Position numbers and translations under genes: made by a program. A stretch of 64,000 nt of DNA from Octopus sinensis. Its lineage: Eukaryota. A model generated the notes under the pieces. It did no database searches and was not told the DNA's origin. It was given only the letters and a program-made list of their open reading frames with translations. The stretch covers positions 101,060,001 through 101,124,000 of the forward strand of contig NC_043003.1 in the NCBI RefSeq assembly GCF_006345805.1, given 5' to 3'. Positions 37,149 to 47,298 of this stretch are shown one piece after another; position 1 is the stretch's first letter; the number at the start of each line of letters is the position of its first letter.

Positions 37149-37388
37149 CAATTGCAGCGTGGAAGGTGTTTATAAGCCATTTAAGAAACACACAAAAGCC
37201 GTTCGATTCACTTCAACATTTAAGTTTAATTTGTCAAAATATTTTCGTCGCTAAAATCCGCGACCTGTTCACTGACAGGATTTTAGCGACGAAAATATTT
37301 TGACAAATTAAACTTAAATGTTGAAGTGAATCGAACGGCTTTTGTGTGTTTCTTAAATGGCTTATAAACACCTTCCACGCTGCAATTG
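37149..37388. repeat. Perfect 111-bp inverted repeat with an 18-nt spacer
   Basis: 37149-37259 is the exact reverse complement of 37278-37388. Confidence 0.95.
37232..37277 (-). ncRNA. Candidate minimal type I hammerhead ribozyme with a G3-C8 covariant core
   Basis: TGTCA GTGAACA G GTCGC-GGATTTTA-GCGAC GAAA ATAT TT TGACA: stem I 5 bp, stem II 5 bp, palindromic stem III. Confidence 0.55.
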
Positions 37389-37451
37389 TTTTCGTTTCAG
37401 CACACGATCTCAGATCAAATTACTTGCTATGCGAGTACATCTCCGTAATAT

Positions 37452-37525
<74 letters not shown>

Positions 37526-38272
37526 TATATATATATACTCGATCTACATCTTGCTGACAAAACACGGATTTCAGAAAAATGGCCAGCTAAGCGACTTTAA
37601 CTTTCAACCTGTTTCAGTCATATTTTTAAGCGTTTGATTCGTAACCCTAATCCGCTCCCCTCTCGTTTCTCTATTATCTATTTCTATCTTGTAAACATGG
37701 CTTCCTGTCTGTCTTAAGATCATGCATTTTTCAATTCCTCCTTTATTTTCAGGGCTATCCCGTTGTTATTCCATTCCCACCGAATTCCCTACAAAATATT
37801 CTTCTCCCTCGTGTCGTATTTATTACTTGCTTCTAAGGCTCTGACCCCACTTCTGACTCGCTGTCTCTCTCTTTCGACTTAGCACTGCGGTTTTCATTTA
37901 TTTAAATTATGTTTCCCTCAAATTCAGTAATTTTTGTTGCAGAGAATTCCCTACGAATTATATTCAAACTCGTTGCTCCTTCGCTCTCTCTCTCTCTCTC
38001 TCTCTCCTCATGTTGCCACCCCAATCCCTAACTCTTTATAAACCAGCGTACGATCTAATTTCTTCCCTCATTTATATCATACACCATATCATTTTCAATA
38101 TTATTTTCATTATAGGTGTTTAAGTCTTGGTTAGTAGGAATGTTATTATTATTTTTATTCATATAATTATTATTTTTATTATTGTCATTTTCGTTGTTAT
38201 TATTATTGTTAGTACCATTTTTATTTTTAATGTTATTATTGATATTATTAATATTATTGTTATTATTGTTTA

Positions 38273-38330
<58 letters not shown>

Positions 38331-38331
<1 letters not shown>

Positions 38332-39899
38332 TATGTTTGACTTTTGCTTTACATTTGCACAAGCTGGCTCCAAGTCTCACCCAGAGACCTCAAGAGAGAA
38401 CAAGTTGGAAGTTTGTGTTAGTGTTATACCTAGGGTGCTATATATTTGGTTTTGTACTTAGTGTTGTACTAGTAAATGCCTAAAAAAACATACGAAATTT
38501 ATGTTTGTTTTAAAAATTGAGATTACATAGAAAGTATTTTGCGTAGGATATGAGCAGTTCCCATGAGCACTATCTTTTGAATTTCAGCCATTTTGGGGTT
38601 TCCTGGTATCTGAGTTAGGTAGCAATCAGCCCCTTTTTTGCTATCATTCTCAGGGCATCTATGACAACAGGTATTGTTTTAGCCTTCAGGTTCCACATTT
38701 TGCTGATTTCCAGATCTTTATATTTGCTCAGTTTCTGGTAGGTCTTGATAGATATGTTTATATCGATTGAGACAGTCATATCAATGAGGAGGCATGTTTT
38801 TTGTCTGAAGTCTTTTACTATGATGTCTGGCCTATCCGCATCTATCTTTCTGTCAGTTTGAATGGTGAAGTTTCAGAGGAGTGAGATGTGGTCATTTTCA
38901 AGCACTGGAGATGGTTTGTGTTCCCACCAGTTTTTATCATGGAGCAAGTCCAGGCTTTTGCAAATTACCTAGTGAATATATTGTGCAGCTCTATCATGCC
39001 TGTTGAGATACTCTGTGGGCGCAAGAAGATAGCACTTGGAGACAACATGATCAATGGTTTCATTTTGTTGTTGACATACACGACATGTTGGGCTACTGCC
39101 ATTCTTTAATATGTTGGCCTGGTAATTCTTTGTAGGTAGGCATTGATCTTGAGCTACTATCATAAACCCTTCTGTTTCAGATTTTAAGCCAGAGGCCTTT
39201 AGCCATTGATGGGTCAGGGCTTTGTTAATATCTGCATTATTCACTCTCTTTGCCATTGAGAGGTTTTTCTTGCCATTTATCATTCAGAATATCTAAGGCA
39301 GCAGTTTTAGCATGGGTTTTCATGCACTTAGCTTTTTCTGTGCTTGTTTCTTGTATGTCTAATCCCGAAATTTGTTGCATTCGGAATTCACTTAGATATT
39401 CCTTTGCCTGTTTTGTTACTGAGTATGATGCTTTCTTGTTTTCATGTTTTGAGACAAGTTTTAACTTCCAGTCCTCAGAGTTTTTCAGGCCAATTGTAGC
39501 AATCTTCATTGTTATTGCCAGTTGTTATAGTCCACGGCCTCCCTCTTTTCTTGGCAGATAAAGTCGTTCTGTATCTGCCTTAGGGTGGTGCATTCTATGC
39601 ATTGTCAACAGTTTTCTGTCAAGATTACATATTCCAGTAATTGACCAGTTAACGATATTGAAACTGTAAGTCACGACTGGTATGGCTAAAGCATTGATCA
39701 CTTCGATCCTGTTTCTCGCATTCAGCTCTGTCTTGAATATTGCTCTCACTCTGCGATAACATTCTCTCCTGATCCTTTCCTTCATCACTGAATGCCTTCA
39801 ATTACCCCTAGGTATTTGTAGCTCTCCGCTGGGTCTAACTCTTTTATGACATTCTGCTGGTCAAGATAAATGTTAGATGTTTCTGTCATTTTTCCTTTC
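38331..39899 (-). mobile_element. R4/Dong element, 5'-truncated, decayed, flanked by (TAA)n on both sides
   Basis: YKYLG, HPKADTERLYLPRKEGGRGL, CRVCQQQNETIDHVVSKC, RPDIIVKD and VLMGTAHILRK. Confidence 0.92.
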
Positions 39900-39921
39900 A
39901 TTATTATTATTATTATTATTA

Positions 39922-42304
39922 TTTTTACTTTTTTTTTCTTCTTTCAAATTTGCTTCCATTTCTTGCCGAGTGTCTTCCCGACTCCTAGGGCAAAGAAACT
40001 CATAGTATACATTGGTAGGCCATTAAACCAAACTCAATAGTTCGTTCATTTTTTTTTTTTTTTTTTTAAGTTAAATTAAAATACATGAGCAGCAACAGTT
40101 CTCACATCGACAATGCTCTTCTCAATACGTGTGATGTACCAGTTAAGACAATCTTTTGCACTTCTTGCAGGGATGGTAAGCCAGGGATCATTCTCATATA
40201 ATTTTCGGTTCCCTTCTTGATCATTCCTAGTGCTCCTACGATCACTGGTATTGTAACCGCCTTGAGATGCCACATTTTCTCAATTTCAATGAGTAGGTCT
40301 TTATATTTTCTGAGCTTGTCAAACTCTTTCGCTGAGATATTATGATCACAGGGGATGCTCATGTCGATCAATAAGCAAACTTTATTGTTTTGGTCTTTCA
40401 CAACAATATCTGGTTTATTGGCCTTGATGGTTCGGTCTGTATGTACTGGAAAGTCCCACAGAATGGTTACATTTTCTCCTTCAGTTACAGCCTCAGGGTG
40501 GTGATTATACCACTTGTCGGCAGTTTTGATATTGTAATGCCGACTTATTAGCCAGTGTAGATATTGGCCAACTCTGTCATGTCTTAATTTATACTCCACT
40601 GGTGCTAAGACTTTACATCTAGAGATTAGGTGGTCCACTGTTTCAATCATGTCGTTGCAGAATCGGCATTTTGGGTCTGCTCCATTTTTCATCACATTGG
40701 CCTGGTAGTTCCGGGTTAATAGGCTTTGATCTTGAGCAGCCAGGATGAAACCTTCGCTCTCTGCTTTTAGCCCTGAGCTCCGTAGCCACTGATGGGTTTG
40801 CTTCTGGTCAACATCAGCTTGTTTGCTGCGGGTCACATATTTGCCATGCAGAGGTTTCTCCTCCCACCTATCAGCCAATTGCTCGTGCGCTTTTTTCGTT
40901 GCCATCATTTTCACCTTCTTTGCAACAATAGTTGCCGTACTTCCCTCGGGTTGTTCAGTTTGGGTATCCTGCACGAGATCAATAGCAAATTTTTTGCTTT
41001 CCTTTATAATAGAATGAAGCTTCTTTCGTCTCTCGTGATTTTCCACGAGCTTTAGCATCCAGTCATTCGATATTTCGAGATATTTGGCCAGTCCAATTGT
41101 GGTTGTTTTGTAAGCTAGTTCAAATTGGATCAGGCCTCGACCTCCTTGGGCTCTGGGAAGGTAAAGGCGATCTACATCTGCCTTTGGGTGGTGCATCCTA
41201 TTACAACTCAGCAGCTTGCGTATTTTCCTATCTATATTCTTTACTTCACTCATATTCCAGTTCAACACATTGTAGCTATAAGTAACAACTGGAACTGCTA
41301 AGGAATTTATAGCTAACACCTTGTTACATGCATTTAGTTCAGATTTCAGGACTGCACGAACTCTCCTATAACATTCCTTCCTGATCTTCTCTTTCATGCT
41401 TGCATGCTGAATACCAGAGCCTTCATTTATCCCTAAATATTTGTATGTTTGTTCTTGCTCAAGCTCTCTTATGACTGTGTCAACATCTAACACGACTGAA
41501 TTTGAGGTCTTCACTTTCCCTTTCTGGAAAGTGGCCTTGGCACACTTCTCAAGTCCAAACTCCATCCCGATGTCATCGCTGAATGCTTTCACGGTGCGCA
41601 ATAGGCCTTCAAGTTCATTATTGTCTTTACCATAAAGTTTTAAGTCATCCATATAAAATAGATGGCTTATTTTTTTATTGGCAATTTTATACCCATACCC
41701 TGTTCTGTTTAATTCACTTGTAAGGGGTATTAGGGCTATGCAGAATATTAAAGGTGAAAGTGAGTCACCTTGAAAAATTCCACAGTTGATGTTTATATTT
41801 TCTGAGGCAAGTACTCCATTAGAGTGGTATAATTGGAGATTTGTATTCCACAACGACATATTGTGCTTCAGGAAGTTTGAAATCACAGGGGAAATTTTGA
41901 AGATGTCCAGCGATCTCAAAATCCATGGATGCGGTATACTGTCGAAGGCCTTTTTATAGTCAATCCATGCGGTGCTGAGATTTCTGCGCTTGTTGTGACA
42001 GTTCTCAAGGATCATACGATTGATTAGCAGTTGATCTTTGCATCCGTAAGAGCCTCGGCAGCACCCTTTTTGTTCAATGGGGAAAATATCATTCTTCTCC
42101 ATGAATGCATATTTTCTCCACCAGGATAGATGTTAGGATTTTATACGTGGTGGATAGACAGGTTATAGGCCGATAGTTTTTTGGAAGGTTGGTTTCGTTA
42201 TTCTTTGGGAGTAGGTAAGTAATGCCACTTGCTAACCATTCAGGTGTTTTCTTTGGGTCTCTCATAATTCCATTGAGCAGCTGAACTAGCTTACCGTGTG
42301 CGCA

Positions 42305-42306
<2 letters not shown>
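39922..42306 (-). mobile_element. R4/Dong element, 5'-truncated, young, flanked by (TAA)n
   Basis: Uninterrupted 666-aa ORF, with one frameshift near 42110 to the upstream NYRPITCL segment. Confidence 0.95.
40102..42102 (-). CDS. R4/Dong polyprotein C-terminal part: RT, CCHC zinc knuckle, restriction-like endonuclease
   Basis: DYKKAFDS, GIFQGDSLSP, FYMDD, YKYLG, CRFCNDMIETVDHLISRC, RHD and KPDIVV...LIDMSIP...KLRKY. Confidence 0.93.
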   Translation of the reverse strand: MEKNDIFPIEQKGCCRGSYGCKDQLLINRMILENCHNKRRNLSTAWIDYKKAFDSIPHPWILRSLDIFKISPVISNFLKHNMSLWNTNLQLYHSNGVLASENININCGIFQGDSLSPLIFCIALIPLTSELNRTGYGYKIANKKISHLFYMDDLKLYGKDNNELEGLLRTVKAFSDDIGMEFGLEKCAKATFQKGKVKTSNSVVLDVDTVIRELEQEQTYKYLGINEGSGIQHASMKEKIRKECYRRVRAVLKSELNACNKVLAINSLAVPVVTYSYNVLNWNMSEVKNIDRKIRKLLSCNRMHHPKADVDRLYLPRAQGGRGLIQFELAYKTTTIGLAKYLEISNDWMLKLVENHERRKKLHSIIKESKKFAIDLVQDTQTEQPEGSTATIVAKKVKMMATKKAHEQLADRWEEKPLHGKYVTRSKQADVDQKQTHQWLRSSGLKAESEGFILAAQDQSLLTRNYQANVMKNGADPKCRFCNDMIETVDHLISRCKVLAPVEYKLRHDRVGQYLHWLISRHYNIKTADKWYNHHPEAVTEGENVTILWDFPVHTDRTIKANKPDIVVKDQNNKVCLLIDMSIPCDHNISAKEFDKLRKYKDLLIEIEKMWHLKAVTIPVIVGALGMIKKGTENYMRMIPGLPSLQEVQKIVLTGTSHVLRRALSM

Positions 42307-42358
<52 letters not shown>

Positions 42359-42365
42359 TATTATT

Positions 42366-42400
<35 letters not shown>

Positions 42401-42440
42401 TATTGTTTATATTAATATTATTATTATTATTATTATTATT

Positions 42441-43190
42441 GCTACTTTTAACATTTCTAGCTGGTCCAATATTCTTTCTATTTAATCTAGCTATGATGGT
42501 ACTTATATTGGGGAGAATGGAGTATGATATTCTGACTGTTTTACGCGAAAATATTTCATTATATCTATGGGAAGTAGGGAAGTTTTTTTCCAGTATGGAT
42601 ATAAATTTACTATATATATTAGTAGATATTGACCAGTTGAAAGGGACATTGAACCATATAATATTTTTACTTTTGAATTTCTTATTTAAGTAAGGGTGGG
42701 ATAAATTTGTACTATCTGTACTCCTCAGAATTTGGCTATTATTGCTAGTCTTATATATATTTATATCTATTGGGTTTTTTTTATCTGGAGGAGTAACTAT
42801 TATTTTTTCGTTCACAGTTATTTTATTTAACTTGAGTTTTTAATACCTACTTTCGGAGTGTACTCTACAATTAATGTTAGGTTTATAGAATAGGTTATCA
42901 GTTTGAGTTGTTTCATAGTTTTGTAAATTTGAAGACTTTATATTATTTAAGCTATTCTTATTTATTTCTTTATTTGAAAGTGTTAAACTCTCAGGAAAGT
43001 AATTTATTGGTCATATTCTGCTCTAGACAAGGCAACATTATAGTGGTATGAATGGGAATTAAAAATCTTATTGTTTGATGATAATTTAGTATTCTTTGAA
43101 AGTATTCAGAAATATTCTTCTTATTGCTCTTTAGAATAACTCTAAAATGTATCTGTGTATATACAAATAACATTGTTTTATAGTAGATAA
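42441..43190 (-). mobile_element. Penelope-like element RT thumb/linker fragment (Naiad/Neptune-type)
   Basis: KLSSNNKIFNSHSYHYNVALSRAEY and KNIIWFNVPFNWSISTNIYSKFISILEKNFP...IFSRKTVRISYSILPNI resemble the recalled WFNPP...HFP...KIFN.NT.K.SYSC motif. Confidence 0.75.
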
Positions 43191-43823
43191 ATATTTGATA
43201 CTATATGATTTCACTCTCCCTGTCCCATAATCATTTGCCTGCAAATTTAGCTGCTATAATCTTGTCTGAAGTATATTCTTACTGAACCAAATGGTTTTAC
43301 TTCAAAGAAATCTTCATTTATGACTCTGCCACTTAAATTGTCCATCTATTTTGCCCTATCCATAAAGGATACACTCTACTGTCTCTTAGCTTTGATAAAC
43401 TAGTCTATAAATTAACCCCCTCCCCCACTGGTAAATCTAAATAACAGAAATTATCAGTGATAAGCAGTGTCTTTTTTGAAAAAACCTCAGTTACAACTGT
43501 GATGTTGTTGATAAAATATGTTCTTTGTCTATCTACTCATCCTCTTTGTGATTTGGTGTAAAAAAGAAATTTATACAAATGAGTCCTTCGAATTTAACTA
43601 GATTCTGTATTTTTATGCAGCTGAAGATGGTTTTACATTTTAAATTGATGCAATGTTTGCATTCTTCAATTAAATGGAATCACATGAAATGATCGTTCGT
43701 TGATGCTTATTTTGAATTATATGGATAATACCATACTAAATTCTGGTGCCTTTAACTTAAGTACCATATTCATCATATATATATATATATATATGTACCC
43801 AAAATTATCATATATATACCCAA

Positions 43824-45282
43824 AGGTTACCCATGAGTTCTGCTACATTTTTTTCAAGTTTTTAGTTTAACATAAAAAAGTGACAATTTTATCATTATTT
43901 CATATCGTTTTAAAGATTTTTTTTTGTCTTCTTTCAGATTCTGAGCACATCTTATTTCTTTATTGCCCACAAGAGGCTAAACATAGAGGGGACAAACAAG
44001 GACAGACAAAGGGATTAAGTCGATTACATCGACCCCAGTGCATAAGTGGTACTTAATTTATCAACCTCGAAAGGATGAAAGGCAAAGTCGACCTCGGCGG
44101 AATGTGATCTCAGAACGTAATGGCAGATGAAATACTGCTAAGCATTTTGCCCCACGTGCTAACGTTTCTGCCAGCTCACCACCTTTAAGCTAAAATTGTG
44201 ATAGAACATGATTGATCTGCTGTAGTTGAACTACATCAAGCTGGCAAGCTGCCATCAGAAATCTTGAATCTTCTCAATTGGCAAAAAATGAAGCCAATGT
44301 TCGTCTATTGAATCACCAATCGATTCAAAGTACACTAGAGGAGTTCGAGATTGAGCAAGGACAAGATATCCCAGGTTAGTCAGGACTTCCAGGCTCCAGA
44401 AAATCATCAGTTCCAGAGTTCACAGAAATCTAAGGTGCTCCATGAGGAAGATGGCTGCTGAGAGCTTCAAGAGAATCTTTGAGGTGAGTTCTCAAAAGCA
44501 ACTTGGGATTTGCTTCATTGAAACACTGAAAAGTTCACAGCCTAACAACTGCTTCAAAACGAAAGAGACTTGCAAGAAGTTGTGCACTACTTGAGCAGCT
44601 TGATATTCGCAGTGTGGACAATGTGCTCTTCGCAGACAAGAAGTTGTTCACTGTTGAAGAAGCTCACAACAGCCAAAATGACAGGGTTCTTGTGGAAAAT
44701 TCTCAGTCATATCCAGAGGATGCCAGAAATATCCACTGCACTGTGATGCTTTTTGCTGGAGTGTCTTCAACAGGAAAAAAATCTTCTTGTTTTTGTTCCT
44801 GAAGGACTCAAAATTAAGGCTGTGGTGAAACACTTGAACAAAACATTGTTCAGCTGTGGCTCTTTTCTCTTCCAGCAGGATGGAGCACCTGCCTACACTA
44901 CCAACAGGACTCAGAGATGGCTTAGCAACAATGTCCCAGATTTCTTGTCCAAGGAAAAATGGCCTCCCTCAAGCCCAGTCCTCAACACATTTGGTCCATC
45001 TTGAAGACTAATGCTTATGTTAAATCTCATCATTCAGTAGTGGCTTTGAAGAGGCCTCTGTGGTGTGAATGGGATAAAATACCACTAGAAGTCTTACAAG
45101 CTGCTGGTAAAGCAGTGCCTGGTAAGCTTAAGGTTTTAATAAAGAAACAAGGTAGATTTATTGAACAATTTTTTGCTGTAACATTGCTGAAAATGTTAAA
45201 AACTAGTGTGCAAGTTTTCAAGTAAATTGGTTCAGATCTGGCTGAAATACATTGTTTAACCTTTGTAACAGAACTTTTGGGT

Positions 45283-45288
<6 letters not shown>
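43824..45288 (+). mobile_element. maT (DD37D-type) Tc1/mariner transposon, decayed, with a SINE inserted
   Basis: LFADKKLF, FQQDGAPAY and WPPSSPVLN motifs. Imperfect TIRs GGTTACCCATGAGTTCTGCTACA / TGTAACAGAACTTTTGGGTTACCCT. Confidence 0.8.
43951..44185 (-). mobile_element. SINE (Tx1-like tail)
   Basis: Reverse complement of the 1427-1657 family. Confidence 0.9.
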
Positions 45289-45311
<23 letters not shown>

Positions 45312-45318
<7 letters not shown>

Positions 45319-45500
45319 TCTCAGACCGGGCGTTGTGTGTGTTTATTGAGCGAAAACACCTAAAAAGCTCCATGAGGCTCCGGCAGGGGGTGGTGATCCC
45401 TGCTGTACTCTTTCACCACTCTTCTCTCACTCTTTCTTCTGTTGGCCTGCTCGCCTAGCCAGCGGGGTGGTGTCATTTGAAGGCTAAAACAATGCGAACG
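45312..45500 (+). mobile_element. 5'-truncated SINE related to 29840-30209, with a different 3' part
   Basis: CAGACCGGGCGTTGTGTGTGTTTATTGAGC...GAGGCTCCGGCAGGGGG is shared; the sequences diverge after CTCTCACTCTTTCTTC. Confidence 0.8.
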
Positions 45501-45504
45501 CAGC

Positions 45505-45840
45505 TGTAAAATCCTTGCCAAAACTGACCGCGCCAGTGCTTGTGCAATGTAAAATGCATGAAGTCACTCTACTGAGTGGTTGGTGTTTGGAAGGGCATCC
45601 AGCTGTAAAAACCTTGCCAAAACGGACCACACCTGTGCTTGTGCCACATAAAAAGCACTACTCACCTGGCCTGTGCTTGTGCCATGTAAAATGCATGAAG
45701 TCCACTCTGCTGAGTGGTTGGTGTAAAAATCCTGCCAAAACAGACACAGAAGTCTGGTGCAGGCTTTGGCTTGGCTGGCTCTTGTGGTACCATCCCACTC
45801 ATGCTAGCATAGAAGACGGACATTAAACTATGATGATGAA
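45505..45840 (+). mobile_element. RTE-tailed SINE-like repeat (family of 20545-20855)
   Basis: Same duplicated modules and GGACATTAAAC(TAT)GATGATG tail. Confidence 0.7.
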
Positions 45841-46467
45841 TGCCTTCATATTCCAACAGAAACAGGCAACCTGGACTTAATAGAAGGCCTAAAGGATCAA
45901 AATACAGTTAATGGAAAATGTAGATAATGAATAGTTTAAAAGGAAAAAATGAATATTATTATAAAGAATAAGACCCAATTATCTCTAATCTTCAGTGAAT
46001 CAACAGAATCAGAAGCTAGCAGAATCAGAAGAGAGTCATACAAATGCATTCCAGTATTTAGTTAATTCTCTTTAGGTTCTGAGTCTGAAGTCAGCTTTCC
46101 TTTTCATCTTAAGGGCCAATAAAATAAATGCCTATCAAGTACAAAAAATGAACGTAATGGGCTGTTTCTTCCTTCAAAATGTGTAACTTTAGCCCTATGG
46201 AAACCCAATACAAATATCGCCCTTTTTTTTAGATTCAATTTTAATAATAATTGTCATATTTCAAGAAGAAGCAAAAAACAGGACTTACCTGTCTGCAAGG
46301 GACTTCGTCCTGAGTTAGAGGAGAAGAAATAGACACATTAAACAAAAAAAAAAAATCATTCATAATTATATATAATTATAGGTTTTAAAACATGTATATA
46401 GTCTAACCATAGAATAAGATTTTGCATTAGACTAGACTATATATATATTTTAAAATCTATAATTATA

Positions 46468-46704
46468 CTTATTTCTTTATTGCCCATAGGGGGCTAAACA
46501 TAGAGGGGACAAACAAGGACAGACAAAGAAATTAAGTCGATTACATCGACCCCAGTGTGTAACTGGTACTTATTTAATCAACCCCGAAAGGATGAAAAGC
46601 AAAGTCAACCTCAGTGGAAAATGTGAACTCAGAATGTAATGGCAGCCAAAATACCGCTAAGCATTTCACCCAGCATGCTAACGTTTCTGCCAGCTCGCCA
46701 CCTT
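46468..46704 (-). mobile_element. SINE (Tx1-like tail) with probable target-site duplication
   Basis: Family match. CTATAATTATA at 46457-46467 and 46709-46719. Confidence 0.88.
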
Positions 46705-47298
46705 AAACCTATAATTATATTATTCAGAGAATGGCATTAATGTTGCAAGGATGGTGAATTTGTTGACAGACTTTGTTTAACTGCATTTCTTATCTACAAA
46801 GTCACCATGTGCATGCGTGCACACGCATGTGTGTGTGTGTGTGTGTGCGTGTATGTGTGTGTGTGAGGCCTATTTTAGTGCTATTGGTAACATATGTAAC
46901 TAAGTACAGCCTGTTGCATGATCAAGTTATGGGTAACTAAGCCAACAATCTTACAAAGCCCATTTGATAAGGAGGGTGGTTTTTGTTGGACACCAAGCAG
47001 GGCTAAAATAAAACCTATCAAAACAGGAATGAATTCAATTAAGTTAACAACTATCCAACAGCCTGGTGGAGTGAGAATACCCTTTAAAATCACTGAACTA
47101 CAATTTTTTTTTTATTTTCTGTCATGTGAGATTTTTTTTGTGCTAATTTCAAATTTCTAATCGGTTTTACTCTCCATGCTCTAGTATTCTTGCAATTTGA
47201 AGATTAACTTTTTATATATTTATAGTTAAATTTGACATATTGAAATACATATATCCTACTTACAAAGAATTGACAATTGTGTTTTTACAGATCTGACT

